Below, piece by piece: positions 62,855 to 64,000 of a stretch of DNA of 64,000 nucleotides (positions within the stretch are counted from its first letter, which is position 1; the number at the start of each line of letters is the position of its first letter). The DNA is from Eledone cirrhosa. Lineage: Eukaryota. The position numbers and the translations under genes are program-made. The stretch covers positions 57,908,001 through 57,972,000 of the forward strand of contig OZ024742.1 of NCBI GenBank assembly GCA_964016885.1, given 5' to 3'. The notes under the pieces were generated by a model, which searched no databases, had not been told where the DNA came from, and saw nothing but the letters and a program-made list of their open reading frames with translations.

Positions 62855-64000
62855 TATATATATCATCATCACCATTTTATGTCCGCTTTTCCCTGCTTGC
62901 AAGAGTGGGACGGGTCCTATTCAGCACAGCATCTCTCCACTTGTCACGGTCCTTCGTCATCTCCATATATTAAAAAATGAGGTTTTTTTTCCAAAATGAA
63001 AAAAAAACGAGATGTCCTACACGAGTGAAAGTATAAGGAAAAAAGATGAAATCGAAAATGCAACTGACGTCTTTTTAAGAATATTTATTTGGTTCCTTTA
63101 CCAGTTTCGCAGTTCTTATGCTTTTCAATCTACTTTTGAAATTTTCGATTTCATCTTTTTTCCCTATATACCCCCCCACCCACCACCACTCTCAAGAGCA
63201 TGAAACTAATAAACCTTTGTTCGTACTGCCTCTCTGTTTTGTTCCCGTTCCATTTTTCACTATATATATATATATGTATATATATATATACATATATACA
63301 CTGTAAATGTGGTCGGTGTTAGGAAGGGCATCCAGCCGTAGAAAACCTGCCAGATAGTACTATATGAGCGAGACACGGCCACCCGACCGATCTTGCCTCA
63401 AGTGGGACAACTCCCGTCTAACTCATGCTAGCAGGAAGGCTGGGATGAGGAAACATGTGCTTACATATGTTCTGATTTTGGCATGGCTTCTATGACTGGA
63501 TGCCTTTTCTATCAGCAACTATTTGACAGTGTACTGGATGCATTTTATTGGGGTGCCAACACTATGGAGGCTGTCATGTCCTTGACACAACTGAAGAGTC
63601 TTCTCAGCCCTTTGTTTAGCATGGCTTCTATGGTTGGGTGTCCATCATAACACCAACAACCTCTCAGGGTGTGCTGGGTGGATTTTATTGTGACACCTAC
63701 AATAGGGAGGTTGCCATGTTCTTGGCACAACTAAAGAATTTTCTAATGCCAATTGCATATTGTTAATCCTTACAGTGCTAATTCAATTAAATATTTAATT
63801 ATAGACTAAGCAGCTGGTGGTTTCTGTCAAATATTTTTGCTCAGCAGAACTTATACAACCATAGAAATAATAATAATTAAAATCAATTTTATTATTGATC
63901 TTTATAATAAGCCCTACTAAGACAAACTTGTTATGTGCACAGAGTGAAGTGAAGCCTGCATGACAGATAGAAACATGTTAAAATTAGAATCACAAATCAT

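Overview
Repeat-rich, AT-rich eukaryotic DNA. The (TA/TACA)n fields, tRNA-headed SINEs with (GAT)n tails and RTE LINEs resemble octopus/cephalopod genomes (inference from pattern familiarity, not a database match). Left half (1-33.6 kb): no host genes. It is a degenerate (TA)n/(TACA)n microsatellite field containing two arrays of a ~625-bp tandem repeat, a ~10-11 kb tandem segmental duplication, many 5'-truncated RTE pieces, long foldback palindromes, and at least two families of minimal type I hammerhead ribozyme motifs of the Penelope-associated kind (27184-27228 +; 29685-29750 -, 30424-30489 -, 30628-30693 +). Right half: a DCAF12 orthologue on the minus strand, reconstructed by hand as 8 coding exons (61760 to 37692, 410 aa) with consistent GT-AG boundaries and phases. 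Its introns hold a young RTE LINE with an unbroken 822-codon frame and a PHD-type finger inside the RT, older RTE and R4/Dong fragments, SINEs, and a candidate poison exon. A Helitron-like element lies upstream of the start codon. The I/Y/M/C/V-rich ORFs are microsatellite artefacts.
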